The notes under the pieces: generated by a model | Database searches by the model: none | The model's input: only the letters and a program-made list of their open reading frames with translations | Told to the model about the DNA's origin: nothing | Made by a program: the position numbers and the translations under genes | Origin: an uncultured bacterium | GTDB lineage: Bacteria; Acidobacteriota; Thermoanaerobaculia; Multivoradales; JAHZIX01 | DNA length: 64,000 nucleotides | Assembly (NCBI GenBank): GCA_965368975.1 | Contig: CBDUPA010000003.1 | Location: 352,001 to 416,000, forward strand | Reading direction: 5' to 3' | In this document: one piece after another, positions 29,614-39,732 of the stretch | Layout: each line of letters opens with the position of its first letter | How positions within the stretch are numbered: the first letter of the stretch is position 1

Positions 29614-30465
29614 ATGGAATCGCCGCTACAGCCACCCGGGTCGCCGCAAGGATCGGCTCTGGGACGCATCTTGGACGATCTTGGCCAGGTGCACTTCTCG
29701 GACACTGCCGCCTGTCAGCCCGAGAACGTTGTGCTGTTGCGCTCCGTGCCGTCGACCAACCGGCTGGCGCGCCACATCGCGGCGGAATACCTCAAGGAAG
29801 GTGAAACCGTGCCCGGGGCACTCGTGCTGGCGCTGGAGCAGACGGCTGGCCGGGGCCGTCACGGCCGGGCATGGTCCAGTCCGGCAGGGCTCGGGCTCTA
29901 TGCGACGCTAGTTCTGCCGCTGGACGACCTCGCCGAATTGCCGCGCTTGCCGCTGCTCGCCGGCGTCGGCCTGGCACGAGCGTTGAACCCGCATCTGGGC
30001 GACGCGTGCCGTCTCAAGTGGCCCAATGACCTCATGGTCGACGGCAAGAAGTTGGGCGGCATCCTGATCGAGACGGAGACGCGTCGCGAACTCGCTCCCG
30101 TCGCGCTCATCGGATTCGGTATCAACTATGGCCACGCCCCCGAGCAACTACCGATCGCCGCCAGCACCTCCATTGCGATCGAGTGCGAACAGCCGCCGAC
30201 CCTTGGGACGCTGGCTGGTGAGCTGGTCGGTAGCCTCTACTCCGCGCTACGCTGGCGGCGCGACAATCAGGAGACGTTGCGTCTCTACGACGAGGTCTCC
30301 CTGCATCGGCCGGGTGACATCGTGCGCTGCCGGCTGGACGGTGGCGCACCGCTCGAAGGGGTGTTTCTCGGCTTCGACCAGCGTGGCTACTTGCGCATGC
30401 GCAGCGGCGAACGCGAAGTCCTTCTCAACAGCGGGGATCTCGAGCTTCCGGGGGGCGACTCCTAG
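29614..30465 (+). CDS. birA: Biotin--[acetyl-CoA-carboxylase] ligase, no N-terminal HTH
   Basis: STN, EQTAGRGRHGRAWSSP, KWPND and KKLGGILIE motifs. Confidence 0.93.
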   Translation: MESPLQPPGSPQGSALGRILDDLGQVHFSDTAACQPENVVLLRSVPSTNRLARHIAAEYLKEGETVPGALVLALEQTAGRGRHGRAWSSPAGLGLYATLVLPLDDLAELPRLPLLAGVGLARALNPHLGDACRLKWPNDLMVDGKKLGGILIETETRRELAPVALIGFGINYGHAPEQLPIAASTSIAIECEQPPTLGTLAGELVGSLYSALRWRRDNQETLRLYDEVSLHRPGDIVRCRLDGGAPLEGVFLGFDQRGYLRMRSGEREVLLNSGDLELPGGDS

Positions 30466-30489
30466 AATGTTTCAGGAAGAAAGTGCAGC

Positions 30490-31317
30490 GTGAGTGACAA
30501 GCAAGCCCGTGGTGGAGAAGGCGGCAAGGACCTCCTGATCCTGGTCGATACCGGAAATACCAACACCGTCTTCGGCGTCTTTCGTAACGACGACCTGCTC
30601 GAATCTATGCGCCTGGCCACCGACAGCCGGCGCACTGTCGACGAGTACCTGGCGCTGCTGGTGCCGCTGTTCAGCCAGGCGGGCCTGGCTCCGGCGCAAG
30701 CCTGCGCGGTCCTGATCAGCTCGGTCGTGCCGCCGATGAACGGCACGCTGATCCAGCTGTGCCGCCGTCTCTTTGGCATCGAACCGGACTTCATCGACGC
30801 CGAGACCGACACCGGTTTGCCGGTGCGCCACATCAACCCGCAGGAGGTGGGTGCCGACCGCATTGTCAACGCGGTGGCCGCGCGTGCCCGCTTCGGTGCG
30901 CCCGTCGTGGTCGTCGACTTCGGTACCGCGACCACCTTCGACGTTGTCGATGCCAGCGGTGCCTACGTCGGTGGCATCATCGCGCCGGGTGCCTCGATCT
31001 CGGCCGAAGCCTTGTTCTCGAAGGCGTCGCGTCTGTATCGCGTCGATATCAAGCGGCCGCCGCAGCTGGTCGGGCACACGACGGTCGAAGCGGTACAGTC
31101 CGGCATCTACTATGGCTACATCGGTCTCGTCGACGGTATCCTGACTCGGCTGAAGCGGGAGCTTCCCGACCTGCACTCCGTGCTCGCCACCGGCGGCTTG
31201 GCCGAGCTGATTGCCCGCGATTCTGAGCATATCGACGTCATCGACCAACAGTTGACGCTCGACGGTCTCAAGCTGATCTATGACTACCGGCAAAGCCAGC
31301 AAACAACCCGGCGCTGA
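30490..31317 (+). CDS. coaX: Type III pantothenate kinase
   Basis: DTGNTN, SSVVP, GADR, VDFGTATTFD and ATGG motifs. Confidence 0.96.
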   Translation: MSDKQARGGEGGKDLLILVDTGNTNTVFGVFRNDDLLESMRLATDSRRTVDEYLALLVPLFSQAGLAPAQACAVLISSVVPPMNGTLIQLCRRLFGIEPDFIDAETDTGLPVRHINPQEVGADRIVNAVAARARFGAPVVVVDFGTATTFDVVDASGAYVGGIIAPGASISAEALFSKASRLYRVDIKRPPQLVGHTTVEAVQSGIYYGYIGLVDGILTRLKRELPDLHSVLATGGLAELIARDSEHIDVIDQQLTLDGLKLIYDYRQSQQTTRR

Positions 31318-31984
31318 GCCGGCAACGTCGAAGGACGAGGCGACCGAACTCGCCTACTTCCGGCGTATCGAAGATCGCTTCATCGAACTGCGCGGTGCTC
31401 CCCTGTTCTTGTCGCCCAGCGACTACCAGGTCGCCAAGGTCTGGTGGCAGGCGGGCATTCCGGTCGATCTGGTCGAGCGCTCGCTGGAAGAGGTCTTTGA
31501 GCGTCGGCGTGAACGGGGCACGGCCCGGCGCTCGGTGTCGTCGCTGTCGTACTGCGCCTCCGCGGTGGAACAAGCCTGGGCCGAAGTACGTGAGCTCACC
31601 GCCGCTGGGCATCGCCGCAGCGACCCCGCACCCAAGCTAGAGTCCGCTGAGCGCCTGCACAACCTGGCGGCGGCGCTCCCAACAGAACTGACTGACCGCC
31701 AGCGCTTCGCCGACGCCGTGCAAGCCTTGACCGGCAGCCCCGAGCACGTCGAGACCGAACTCGAACGGCTCGATGCCGAGCTGTTGCAGCACGTCGAGAG
31801 CCACCTCGACGATGCCGCTCGAGCACGGCTGACTGAGACCTTGGAAAGCACGCTGCATCGTCTCGGCGCGCGCCTCGACCGTGCAGAGCTGGAACGCGCC
31901 CGTGAGCGCCTGCGCCGTCAGCTACTGCGACAGCAGCTGCACCTGCCAGTCCTGTCTCTCTTTGCGCCCGAAGCGGGGGCCTGA
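31280..31984 (+). CDS. Conserved hypothetical protein with possible DnaD/DnaB_2-like helical domain
   Basis: In the operon with coaX and has typical codon usage. LSPSD..W..GIP..SLSYC..AW pattern. Confidence 0.7.
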   Translation: MTTGKASKQPGAEPATSKDEATELAYFRRIEDRFIELRGAPLFLSPSDYQVAKVWWQAGIPVDLVERSLEEVFERRRERGTARRSVSSLSYCASAVEQAWAEVRELTAAGHRRSDPAPKLESAERLHNLAAALPTELTDRQRFADAVQALTGSPEHVETELERLDAELLQHVESHLDDAARARLTETLESTLHRLGARLDRAELERARERLRRQLLRQQLHLPVLSLFAPEAGA

Positions 31985-32095
31985 AGCAGCGAGAGACCTG
32001 CACACCGGGTCAGTGCAGAGATTCTGCAAAGAAAGTCCGCAGAAAGTTCGTGCCCAGGCGACAGATCGCGGCTCCGTTTGTCGTCTATATAGGGC

Positions 32096-34546
32096 ATGGA
32101 GCGACAACTCGACGGCCACGCCGTCTATCTAGCCCCGAAGTCCCCCGTGCTCGCACCCGCCGTGGCGGCTCTACTCGGAGCGGCATGGGGCCTGCAGATT
32201 CGGTTCTTCGATGTCCGCCTGCTGGTGCTGTTGGGTCTCTTGTCCCTGGCCTGGGCGCTGAGTTTCCGGCGGCGCTGGGGCTGGTGGTTGTTGGCGCTGG
32301 CGGTTGGTGCGACGAGCGGTGGCTTGCATACATCCGATGTGCAGCAGTTCGGATCGGAGGAAGCGGGGATGCCGGTCGAAGGCAGGCCGGTCGAGATCGT
32401 CGGGCAGCTGCGATCGGCCTGGACTGCGGACGCTGGTGATCCGGAGGGAGGATGGTGGATCGAACTGCGCGACGTGCACTGGAGCCGCCCAGCCGTAGGA
32501 GGAATGGGCCACTTACCTGGACGCTTCGTGCTCTCGATCCCTGGACCAGACGAACCGCCGGAGGCTGGCACCGTGCGTGTTCGCGGCCAGCTGCGTCAGA
32601 TGCGAGAGCCGCGCAACGGCCTACCACCACCGCCGATGGGCTGGCGGCTGACCCTGGCGAGCCGACGCATGTTGCACATCGAGAGTCCGCCGCCGCGCTG
32701 GCTGCGCTGGTCGTCACGCCTGCGTCAGGCCGTCGACGACGTATGGCGCAGTGTCGAGCCTCAGGAGCCGCCGCCGGCAGCGGAATCTGCGGGTAGATCT
32801 CCGGGACTAGCCTTGACACGGGCGCTGTGGCTCGGGGATCGAAGCCAGTTGGAACCCGCGTGGCAGAGGACCTTGCGCCGACTCGGGCTGGCGCACGTGC
32901 TGGCAGTCTCCGGCTTGCACGTCGGTCTCGTCGCGGGCTTTGTCTGGCTGGCCGGCATGTCCCTGCCGCGCGGGCCACGGCTCCTCTTGCCGCTGGTGGC
33001 GGTGGTGGCCTATGCGCTGCTGGTAGGTCCGAGGCCGTCTTTGCTACGTGCGGCGGCCATGGGTCTGATGGTTGGTATCTCGTTGTCCTTGCGCCGACCT
33101 CCCGTGGCCGTGCACGCCCTGGCCCTTTTTGTGCTCGTGAGCGTGGTGACCGATCCAGCAGTCGTGCTCGATCTCGGCTTTCAGCTCTCCGTCAGCGCGA
33201 CCGCGGGGATCCTGCTTCTCGGTCCTCGCTTGGCGCGGCGCTGGTGCCTGCTCCCGGCCGCTTGGCGTGTGCCTTTGGCAGCGAGCGTCGGGGCCCAGCT
33301 GGCCTCGTTGCCGATCGCGCTTCCGGCGTTCCATCTACTCCCGGTCGTGGCGCCGATCGTCAATCTACTCGCCGTGCCGTGGCTGGCCGTCCTACTGCCG
33401 CTGGGAGCTTTGTGGACAGGACTGGCCCTTGTTGTACCGAGGGAGTTGGCACGGACTCTCTTGACGCTGCTCGATCTAGCTGCGCTACCGCTGGAGCTTC
33501 TCGCGACTGTTCCCCCGGATGGCTGGACGACCTTGCCGCTGGCCGTTTCGTCCTTGGAGGCCTTGTTTCTGAGCCTGCTGCTACTGCTCCTGTTGCTCGG
33601 GACCCGACCGTGGGGGAGCGCGGTGCTGCTGGCGGGAATGGTCCTGGTGACGTGGAGTCGACCGGAACCCAAGGTGCCGGTCCCCTGGAATTCCAACGCT
33701 GCGTCACCCACCCTGAGCGTGCTCGATGTCGGGCAGGGCGATGCCTTGTTGCTGCGCGATGGCCGCAGAGCGCTACTGATCGACGGCGGCGGCTGGCGAC
33801 GCGGTGACTTGGCTGGCCGAGTGCTGGTACCGGCCTTGGCGCGGCTCGGCGTCCGGCGTCTCGACGCGGTACTGATCACCCACCCAGACCAAGACCATTG
33901 CGCCGGCGCCGCGCAGCTGGCCGACTATCTGCCGGTGGAGCAGGTGTGGCTGGCGTCCGGGGTCAGCCGCGCTGTGTGTATCCAAGATTTGGTGCAGCGT
34001 CGCGGAGTACCGGTGCGCTTGGTGCGCGCTGGAGAGTCGAGGTCACTCGGCTTCTGGCGGCTCTTGTTCCAGCATCCGGCAGAGGACGGACTCGCAGGCA
34101 GGGACGCAGCAGGGACCACCAACGATCGCTCGATCGTGGTCCGAGCCGAGGCCTTCTCACGCTGTCTCCTGCTGACGGGGGATCTGGAGGCGGCGGGGGA
34201 GCGAGAGCTACGAGAGCGCTGGCGGCGAGCGGGGGAGGCGACGACGTGCGACGTTCTCAAGGTGCCGCACCACGGTAGCCGGACATCGACCACGCCCGGC
34301 CTACTGCACGACCTTCGGCCGCGCTGGGCCTTGCTCAGCGTCGGTGCCGGCAATCGCTACGGGCATCCTCATGCGAGCGTCGTGCGACGGTTGCACGGCT
34401 ACGGTGTACGCCTCCTGAGGACGGATCTTCACGGCGCCATCACACTGCGCGTCGGGCCGCGGGGGACGTTGGGCGTGCATACGGAGCATAGCCCGGGGCT
34501 CGGCGGTCGAGCAGCCTCGGAAGCGAGTAGAATGACGGGCCCATGA
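32096..34546 (+). CDS. comEC: DNA internalization competence protein ComEC/Rec2
   Basis: HVLAVSGLHVG, RAAAM and GFQLS in the competence domain. LDVGQGDA, THPDQDH and KVPHHGS in the metallo-beta-lactamase domain. Confidence 0.93.
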   Translation: MERQLDGHAVYLAPKSPVLAPAVAALLGAAWGLQIRFFDVRLLVLLGLLSLAWALSFRRRWGWWLLALAVGATSGGLHTSDVQQFGSEEAGMPVEGRPVEIVGQLRSAWTADAGDPEGGWWIELRDVHWSRPAVGGMGHLPGRFVLSIPGPDEPPEAGTVRVRGQLRQMREPRNGLPPPPMGWRLTLASRRMLHIESPPPRWLRWSSRLRQAVDDVWRSVEPQEPPPAAESAGRSPGLALTRALWLGDRSQLEPAWQRTLRRLGLAHVLAVSGLHVGLVAGFVWLAGMSLPRGPRLLLPLVAVVAYALLVGPRPSLLRAAAMGLMVGISLSLRRPPVAVHALALFVLVSVVTDPAVVLDLGFQLSVSATAGILLLGPRLARRWCLLPAAWRVPLAASVGAQLASLPIALPAFHLLPVVAPIVNLLAVPWLAVLLPLGALWTGLALVVPRELARTLLTLLDLAALPLELLATVPPDGWTTLPLAVSSLEALFLSLLLLLLLLGTRPWGSAVLLAGMVLVTWSRPEPKVPVPWNSNAASPTLSVLDVGQGDALLLRDGRRALLIDGGGWRRGDLAGRVLVPALARLGVRRLDAVLITHPDQDHCAGAAQLADYLPVEQVWLASGVSRAVCIQDLVQRRGVPVRLVRAGESRSLGFWRLLFQHPAEDGLAGRDAAGTTNDRSIVVRAEAFSRCLLLTGDLEAAGERELRERWRRAGEATTCDVLKVPHHGSRTSTTPGLLHDLRPRWALLSVGAGNRYGHPHASVVRRLHGYGVRLLRTDLHGAITLRVGPRGTLGVHTEHSPGLGGRAASEASRMTGP

Positions 34547-35547
34547 ACACCGAGTCCTCCTACCAGCCCATCGAAGCGAGTCGCGACGCTGCTGAAGGGT
34601 CTTCCGCACCGCAGCTGCAGCAGCCGGTGATCGTCGTGCTGGGGCAGACGGCCGTCGGAAAGACGGAGTTCAGCCTGGGTTTGGCCGAGGCCGTGGGGGG
34701 CGAGATTCTGAATGCCGATGCACTGCAGGTCTACCGAGGTCTCGAGATCGGTACCGCCAAGCCGACACCCGAACAGCGTCAACGCGTACCGCATCACTTG
34801 ATCGACATCCTCGACCCCACCGAACGCTACTCGGCCGGAGACTTCGCGCGCCGTGCTCGGCAGGTGATCCGCGACCTGGAAGCTCGCGGCCGGCGTGCTG
34901 TCGTGGTTGGGGGAAGTGGTCTCTACCTGCGTGCCTTGCTGGAAGGCATCAGCCCGATTCCGCCGGGTGATCCGAAAGTGCGCCAACAGCTGCGCGACCA
35001 GCTCGATGAGGTCGGCGTGGCTCAGCTGTACGCGCGGTTGCGACAGACCGATCCTCTGACCGCTGAGCGCCTCGGAGCCACCGACACGCAGCGCATCCTG
35101 CGGGCACTAGAGGTGTTTCACGTCAGCGGTCGGCCGCTGTCGAGTTGGATCGCCGAGCGCCCCTTTGGAGAGAAGCGTCTGCCAGCCATCAGGTTCGGAT
35201 TGACGCTTCCTCGCGACCTCTTGTACCATCGCATCGAAGCGCGGGTTGAAACCATGGTCCACGCGGGCTGGGTTGACGAAGTTCGACGGTTGTTGGCTTC
35301 GGGCCTTTCCCCGGACGCGCCCGCCTTCCAGGCCATAGGGTACCGCCAGCTGGTCCGCCACCTCCGTGGCGAATGGCCCCTGGATCAGGCCTTGACTCAC
35401 ATCGTGCGGGAGACGCGCCGCTTTGCCAAGCGGCAGGAGACCTGGTTCCGAAGGGAGCCAGATGTCGCGTGGCTCCCGGCTCAAGATGCGGCTCATCGGC
35501 TTCCGGACCTTGTTTGTCGAATTCGTGAAGCCGATAGTCTGGTCTGA
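34543..35547 (+). CDS. miaA: tRNA dimethylallyltransferase
   Basis: GQTAVGKT, DALQVYRGLEIGTAKP, VGGSGLY and AKRQETWF motifs. Confidence 0.96.
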   Translation: MNTESSYQPIEASRDAAEGSSAPQLQQPVIVVLGQTAVGKTEFSLGLAEAVGGEILNADALQVYRGLEIGTAKPTPEQRQRVPHHLIDILDPTERYSAGDFARRARQVIRDLEARGRRAVVVGGSGLYLRALLEGISPIPPGDPKVRQQLRDQLDEVGVAQLYARLRQTDPLTAERLGATDTQRILRALEVFHVSGRPLSSWIAERPFGEKRLPAIRFGLTLPRDLLYHRIEARVETMVHAGWVDEVRRLLASGLSPDAPAFQAIGYRQLVRHLRGEWPLDQALTHIVRETRRFAKRQETWFRREPDVAWLPAQDAAHRLPDLVCRIREADSLV

Positions 35548-35653
35548 TTTTCATACGCGTCGAATCGAAGATTGAGGTTGCGCCAACGGGTGTCCTGCAA
35601 TCCACTTCCCATCTTGTCCAGAACCGAGCCCATTAGTGGTTTCGGGAGGAGCC

Positions 35654-35857
35654 ATGCCGAAGCACAGCATCAATATCCAGGACGGTTTTCTGTTCCAGAA
35701 CCTCAAAGAAGCTCAGACTCTGAAGGTGACCTTGGTCACGGGGACGGAAATGTTGGGGCGCCTCAAGCGCTTCGACCGGTTCGCCGTGGTCGTCGAGGTA
35801 GACAATAAGGAATCTCTGGTCTACAAGCATGCCATCGCCACGATCAGTTTGGCGTAG
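35654..35857 (+). CDS. hfq: RNA chaperone Hfq
   Basis: NIQDGFL ... FDRF ... LVYKHAIATI. GGAGG RBS before ATG 35654. Follows miaA. Confidence 0.93.
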   Translation: MPKHSINIQDGFLFQNLKEAQTLKVTLVTGTEMLGRLKRFDRFAVVVEVDNKESLVYKHAIATISLA

Positions 35858-37376
35858 GCTGCGGCAGACTGGTTGTCCGTACGAAGACGGTTGTGCTGGG
35901 CAATCCGGTCGCTCCTGCGGTCGTAAACTCTCGAAGGGGCATCCGGCGCTGTCGCCCGGTGCCCCTTGTTTACCAGGGCTCACAGGATCAGCGCTGGCGC
36001 TGACTGGCTGCTTGCTCCTGGCTGCTTGCGGTGGCGGCGGCGAAGCCCCGGTGACGGCACCGAGAGCCGCGCAAGCGATCGTTACGGCTCCGAGTGAGGC
36101 GGAGCTCGCCTTTGTGCTCGATCCGCTGGCGAGCTATCCGCTGATGCTCGATCCGCAGCGCACCGGACGCAGCCAGCAGATCTTTGCGGCACTGGTGCGC
36201 GGAGGTGCTACCGCCAGTGTCGCCGAGGTGGGCCTGGACGTGCGGCGAGCCGCCGAATTGCTGCGTGCGGAAGAACCGAGTTTGCCCGTGGCGGCGGTGT
36301 TGGTGGCACAAGCGGCATTCCTCGACGGCGACTGCCACGTGGTCTCGAGCGAGGTCGATGCCGTGGTCGAGGTCTTGCCGGACTATGCCGCAGCTCGCTT
36401 GCTGCGCGCCCGTTGCCGTCAGGTCGGCGACGATCCGGTCGGGGCCTTCGAGGATTACCGCTACCTGCTGGGAAGCGAGGTAGCGGTTGCGGCAACGGGG
36501 GATGCCATCGCGCAGGCACTCAGTGACCTGCAACCCAGGGCCCTGGAGATCGTCTCCAACCGCTTCTTCGACGCCCTGCGGCGAGGCCATTCGGAGCTTG
36601 CCGCGCTAGAACTAGAGCGCTTGGAGGCTTGGGCCCCCGAAGACGATCTAACGCTCGAGGCGCGCTGGCGCTTGGCCGCGGCGAGCGGGGATGCGAGCGC
36701 GGAACTGGCTGCGGTCGACCGCTTGCAGCGGCGCTATCCGGACAATGTGCAGCTGCTCGAAAGGCGTGCCGAACTTGAACTACAGGTAGGGGATCCGACC
36801 ACGGCGGTGCGGTTGATGACCGAATTGAGCGAGTCCTTCCCGGACGATCCGGTGATCGCGGACAAGCTCGACGCTGCCAAGTTTCGCTGGCGGCTGGCAA
36901 TGTCTCCGGTGGAGATTCGGCGCCTGGCAGAGTTGCCGGTGCTGAGCCGGGCCGACTTCGCCCTCTTGCTGCACGCTCTCCTGCCGGGCGTTCGGTCGGG
37001 CCAGGCGGTGCGGGCTCGCATCGCCGGGGACATTCTGCAGCATCCACACCGAGAGGAGATCGCACGCGTGATCAACCTCGGACTGATGGACGTGGACGCA
37101 GAAGTCCACCGCTTCGAACCGGATCGGCCTGTCACCCGCGTGCAGGTATTGCAGAGCCTGCTGCGTGGCTTGGAGTCACAGCAGAGCGAGAGCCCGGCGT
37201 GCGTCGGCGATTTGCAGCTAAACAGCGCACCGTCGATCAGGCGGGTCTGTGAGGCCGCGGTTGCTTGTCGGCTGCTCGCCTCGGAGGCCGACTGTCTGCC
37301 CCGAGCGGAAGCCACCGGTCGCGAAACGGTCGACCTGCTGCGCTTGAGCATTCGCGCCCTCGGCGCAGCGAATTGA
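35829..37376 (+). CDS. TPR-repeat lipoprotein with C-terminal SLH-like region
   Basis: LLLAAC lipobox and helical TPR-like repeats. LSRADFA..DILQHP..VINLGLM..FEPDRPVTR SLH pattern. Start is uncertain. Confidence 0.72.
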   Translation: MPSPRSVWRRLRQTGCPYEDGCAGQSGRSCGRKLSKGHPALSPGAPCLPGLTGSALALTGCLLLAACGGGGEAPVTAPRAAQAIVTAPSEAELAFVLDPLASYPLMLDPQRTGRSQQIFAALVRGGATASVAEVGLDVRRAAELLRAEEPSLPVAAVLVAQAAFLDGDCHVVSSEVDAVVEVLPDYAAARLLRARCRQVGDDPVGAFEDYRYLLGSEVAVAATGDAIAQALSDLQPRALEIVSNRFFDALRRGHSELAALELERLEAWAPEDDLTLEARWRLAAASGDASAELAAVDRLQRRYPDNVQLLERRAELELQVGDPTTAVRLMTELSESFPDDPVIADKLDAAKFRWRLAMSPVEIRRLAELPVLSRADFALLLHALLPGVRSGQAVRARIAGDILQHPHREEIARVINLGLMDVDAEVHRFEPDRPVTRVQVLQSLLRGLESQQSESPACVGDLQLNSAPSIRRVCEAAVACRLLASEADCLPRAEATGRETVDLLRLSIRALGAAN

Positions 37377-37672
37377 CCGAGCCGGTGGAAGGGAGGCCGT
37401 CGGCGGCCTTCTCAGATTGGCTCCCTGCTGCAGTGGTGGTAGGCTGAATAGCGTGGTTTGTTTCCCTTGTTGAGGTACTTTCGCTAGTCTGGCGATCTCG
37501 GGGTCCCCTCTCGTACATCAAGAGTCAGCAGCACCAACTTGGCTCTGCAGGTTCATCCACGATAGTTCCCCTCGGCGAGCCTTGGGCGGTTGACGCCTGC
37601 ACGGCCAGCTGCCTCGAGTTCGCCAGGGGAGGCTCAGCCTGGGACCGACAGGCAGGGATTTAGGGACCGGAG

Positions 37673-38659
37673 ATGGAGAAGGGAATCCTCGCTGCGATCG
37701 GGCAGACGCCGCTCATCGAGTTAGAGCGCCTGATCCCTGGTGCGCGCTTTCGGACCTTTGCCAAGCTGGAGTCCCTGAATCCTGGCGGAAGCTCGAAGGA
37801 TCGGCCCGCGCGGTCGATGATCCAGCAGGCGCTGGCGCAGGGCTTGATCGACTCTGACACAGTTGTCATCGAATCGAGTTCCGGCAACATGGGTATCGGA
37901 CTGGCGCAGGCCTGCCGCTACCATGATCTGCGCTTCATCTGCGTCGTCGACACAAAGACGACGCGCCAGAATCTGGAGATCATGCGTCTGTACGGTGCGG
38001 AATTGGATCTCGTCGAGCAACCGGATCCCGAGACGGGGGAATTGCTGCAAGCGCGCCTCCGGCGCGTCGAGGAATTGCGGCAGAAGTACCCGAAGCACTT
38101 CTGGCCAAATCAGTATGCCAACCTGCAGAATGCGGCGGCGCATTTCGAAACCACCATGCGTGAGATTCAGGAGGCGCTGGCGGAGGAAGGTGGTGCCGAC
38201 TACGTGTTTGTCGCCACGAGTACCTGCGGTACCGTGCGTGGCTGTCTCGACTTTGTGCACCGGCACGGTCTTTCGACCCAAGTGGTGGCTGTCGACGCAC
38301 AGGGCAGCTTGATCTTTCAGGACCGTCCTGAACCGCGCCACGTACCCGGATTAGGTGCCGGATTGTGCCCACCTTTGTGTCCTCGTGACGAATTGCACCA
38401 CATTGTTCATGTCAGCGACACGGATTGCGTGGTAGGTTGCCAGCGACTGCTGCGGCGAGAAGCGATTCTGGCAGGAGGCTCCGCGGGTGGAGTCGTTACC
38501 GCACTGGAGCGCTTCTCGGACCGGATCGAGGACGGCGCCAGATGCGTTCTGATCCTGCCGGACCGTGGCGAGCGATATCTGGATACCATCTACTCGGACG
38601 CCTGGGTGCACGAGCACTGCGGCGATATCGAGCATCTGCTAGGGGAAGATAGAGGATGA
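37673..38659 (+). CDS. sbnA: 2,3-diaminopropionate biosynthesis PLP enzyme SbnA
   Basis: Cysteine-synthase fold NPGGSSKDR and ESSSGNMG. SbnA-type RLRRV, NQYAN..AH and STCGT. Paired with sbnB. Confidence 0.9.
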   Translation: MEKGILAAIGQTPLIELERLIPGARFRTFAKLESLNPGGSSKDRPARSMIQQALAQGLIDSDTVVIESSSGNMGIGLAQACRYHDLRFICVVDTKTTRQNLEIMRLYGAELDLVEQPDPETGELLQARLRRVEELRQKYPKHFWPNQYANLQNAAAHFETTMREIQEALAEEGGADYVFVATSTCGTVRGCLDFVHRHGLSTQVVAVDAQGSLIFQDRPEPRHVPGLGAGLCPPLCPRDELHHIVHVSDTDCVVGCQRLLRREAILAGGSAGGVVTALERFSDRIEDGARCVLILPDRGERYLDTIYSDAWVHEHCGDIEHLLGEDRG

Positions 38660-39732
38660 GAGAAGACGTGGAGGACCGCCTGCGCATCGTGCGTGGCAGT
38701 GAGGTCCTCGAGTTGCTGAGCGGTCGCGAGAGCGCCGTGCTGGACGTGGTCGCGCGCGCCTACGTGGCCCATGACGAGGGCGCCAGCTCCCTGCCGCACT
38801 CGACTTTCCTGCGTTTCCCGGACGAAGCGCGCGATCGCATCATCGCCTTGCCGGCGTATCTGGGGGGGGATGGCTTTGATCTGGCGGGCGTCAAGTGGAT
38901 CGCCTCGATCCCTGCCAATATCGAGCGCGGCTTGGAGCGAGCCTCGGCAGCCATCCTGGTCAACGACCGCAAGACCGGCCGGCCGCGAGCCCTGGTCGAA
39001 GGCTCGGTGATCAGCGCACGGCGGACCGCCGCCAGTGCCGCGTTGGCGGCGCGCGAGTTGTTGACGGGAGCCGACGGCCAGCGCCCTGGCAAGGCGCCCG
39101 AGACCGTGGCCTTGATCGGCTGCGGTCCGATCCAGTTCGAGATCTGCCGCTTTCTGCTGACCGTCTGGCCGCAGCTGAAGGCCTTCACCGCCTTCGACCT
39201 GCGTGCCGAGCGCGCCGCCGCCCTTGGCGAGCTGCTGCGGACTCTGCAACCCGCGTTGCAGTTCGAGGCCCTGGCCTCGGCCGAAGCCACCCTGGCGTCA
39301 GCGCCGCTGGTCAGTTTCGCGACGACGGCGGTGGAGCCGCACGTCGGCAGCCTCAACGCCTGTGTTGACGGGGCGGTGATCCTGCACATTTCGCTGCGGG
39401 ATCTGGAGCCGGACGTGATCCTGGACGCCGACAACGTGGTCGACGACGCGGACCACGTGTGCCGGGCGGGTACTTCGATTCACTTGGCGGCCGAACAAGT
39501 CGGCCACCGTGATTTCATCCGGGCGCCCATCGGGGCCGTGCTGCGGGGCAGTGCGCCGCCCAGAGATCCCGGACATCGCTTGACCATCTACAGTCCCTTC
39601 GGCTTGGGAGTGCTGGATCTGGCCGTCGCGCACCTGGTGCTGCAATCGGCTCGGGAACAGGGCGTCGGGACGGTTATCGAGAACTTTCTCCCCCTGCCGT
39701 GGAATGAGCGCGGCGACGGAGGTTCAGAATGA
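38656..39732 (+). CDS. sbnB: 2,3-diaminopropionate biosynthesis protein SbnB (ornithine cyclodeaminase family)
   Basis: PHSTFLRFP..RIIALPA, GVKWIAS, HISLRD and SPFGLGVLD motifs. ATGA overlap with sbnA. Confidence 0.92.
   Translation: MREDVEDRLRIVRGSEVLELLSGRESAVLDVVARAYVAHDEGASSLPHSTFLRFPDEARDRIIALPAYLGGDGFDLAGVKWIASIPANIERGLERASAAILVNDRKTGRPRALVEGSVISARRTAASAALAARELLTGADGQRPGKAPETVALIGCGPIQFEICRFLLTVWPQLKAFTAFDLRAERAAALGELLRTLQPALQFEALASAEATLASAPLVSFATTAVEPHVGSLNACVDGAVILHISLRDLEPDVILDADNVVDDADHVCRAGTSIHLAAEQVGHRDFIRAPIGAVLRGSAPPRDPGHRLTIYSPFGLGVLDLAVAHLVLQSAREQGVGTVIENFLPLPWNERGDGGSE

Noticed and set aside
37673-39732. Staphyloferrin B siderophore cluster
   Set aside because: Only sbnA and sbnB are present. 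There are no NIS synthetases (SbnC/E/F), no receptor and no visible Fur box.
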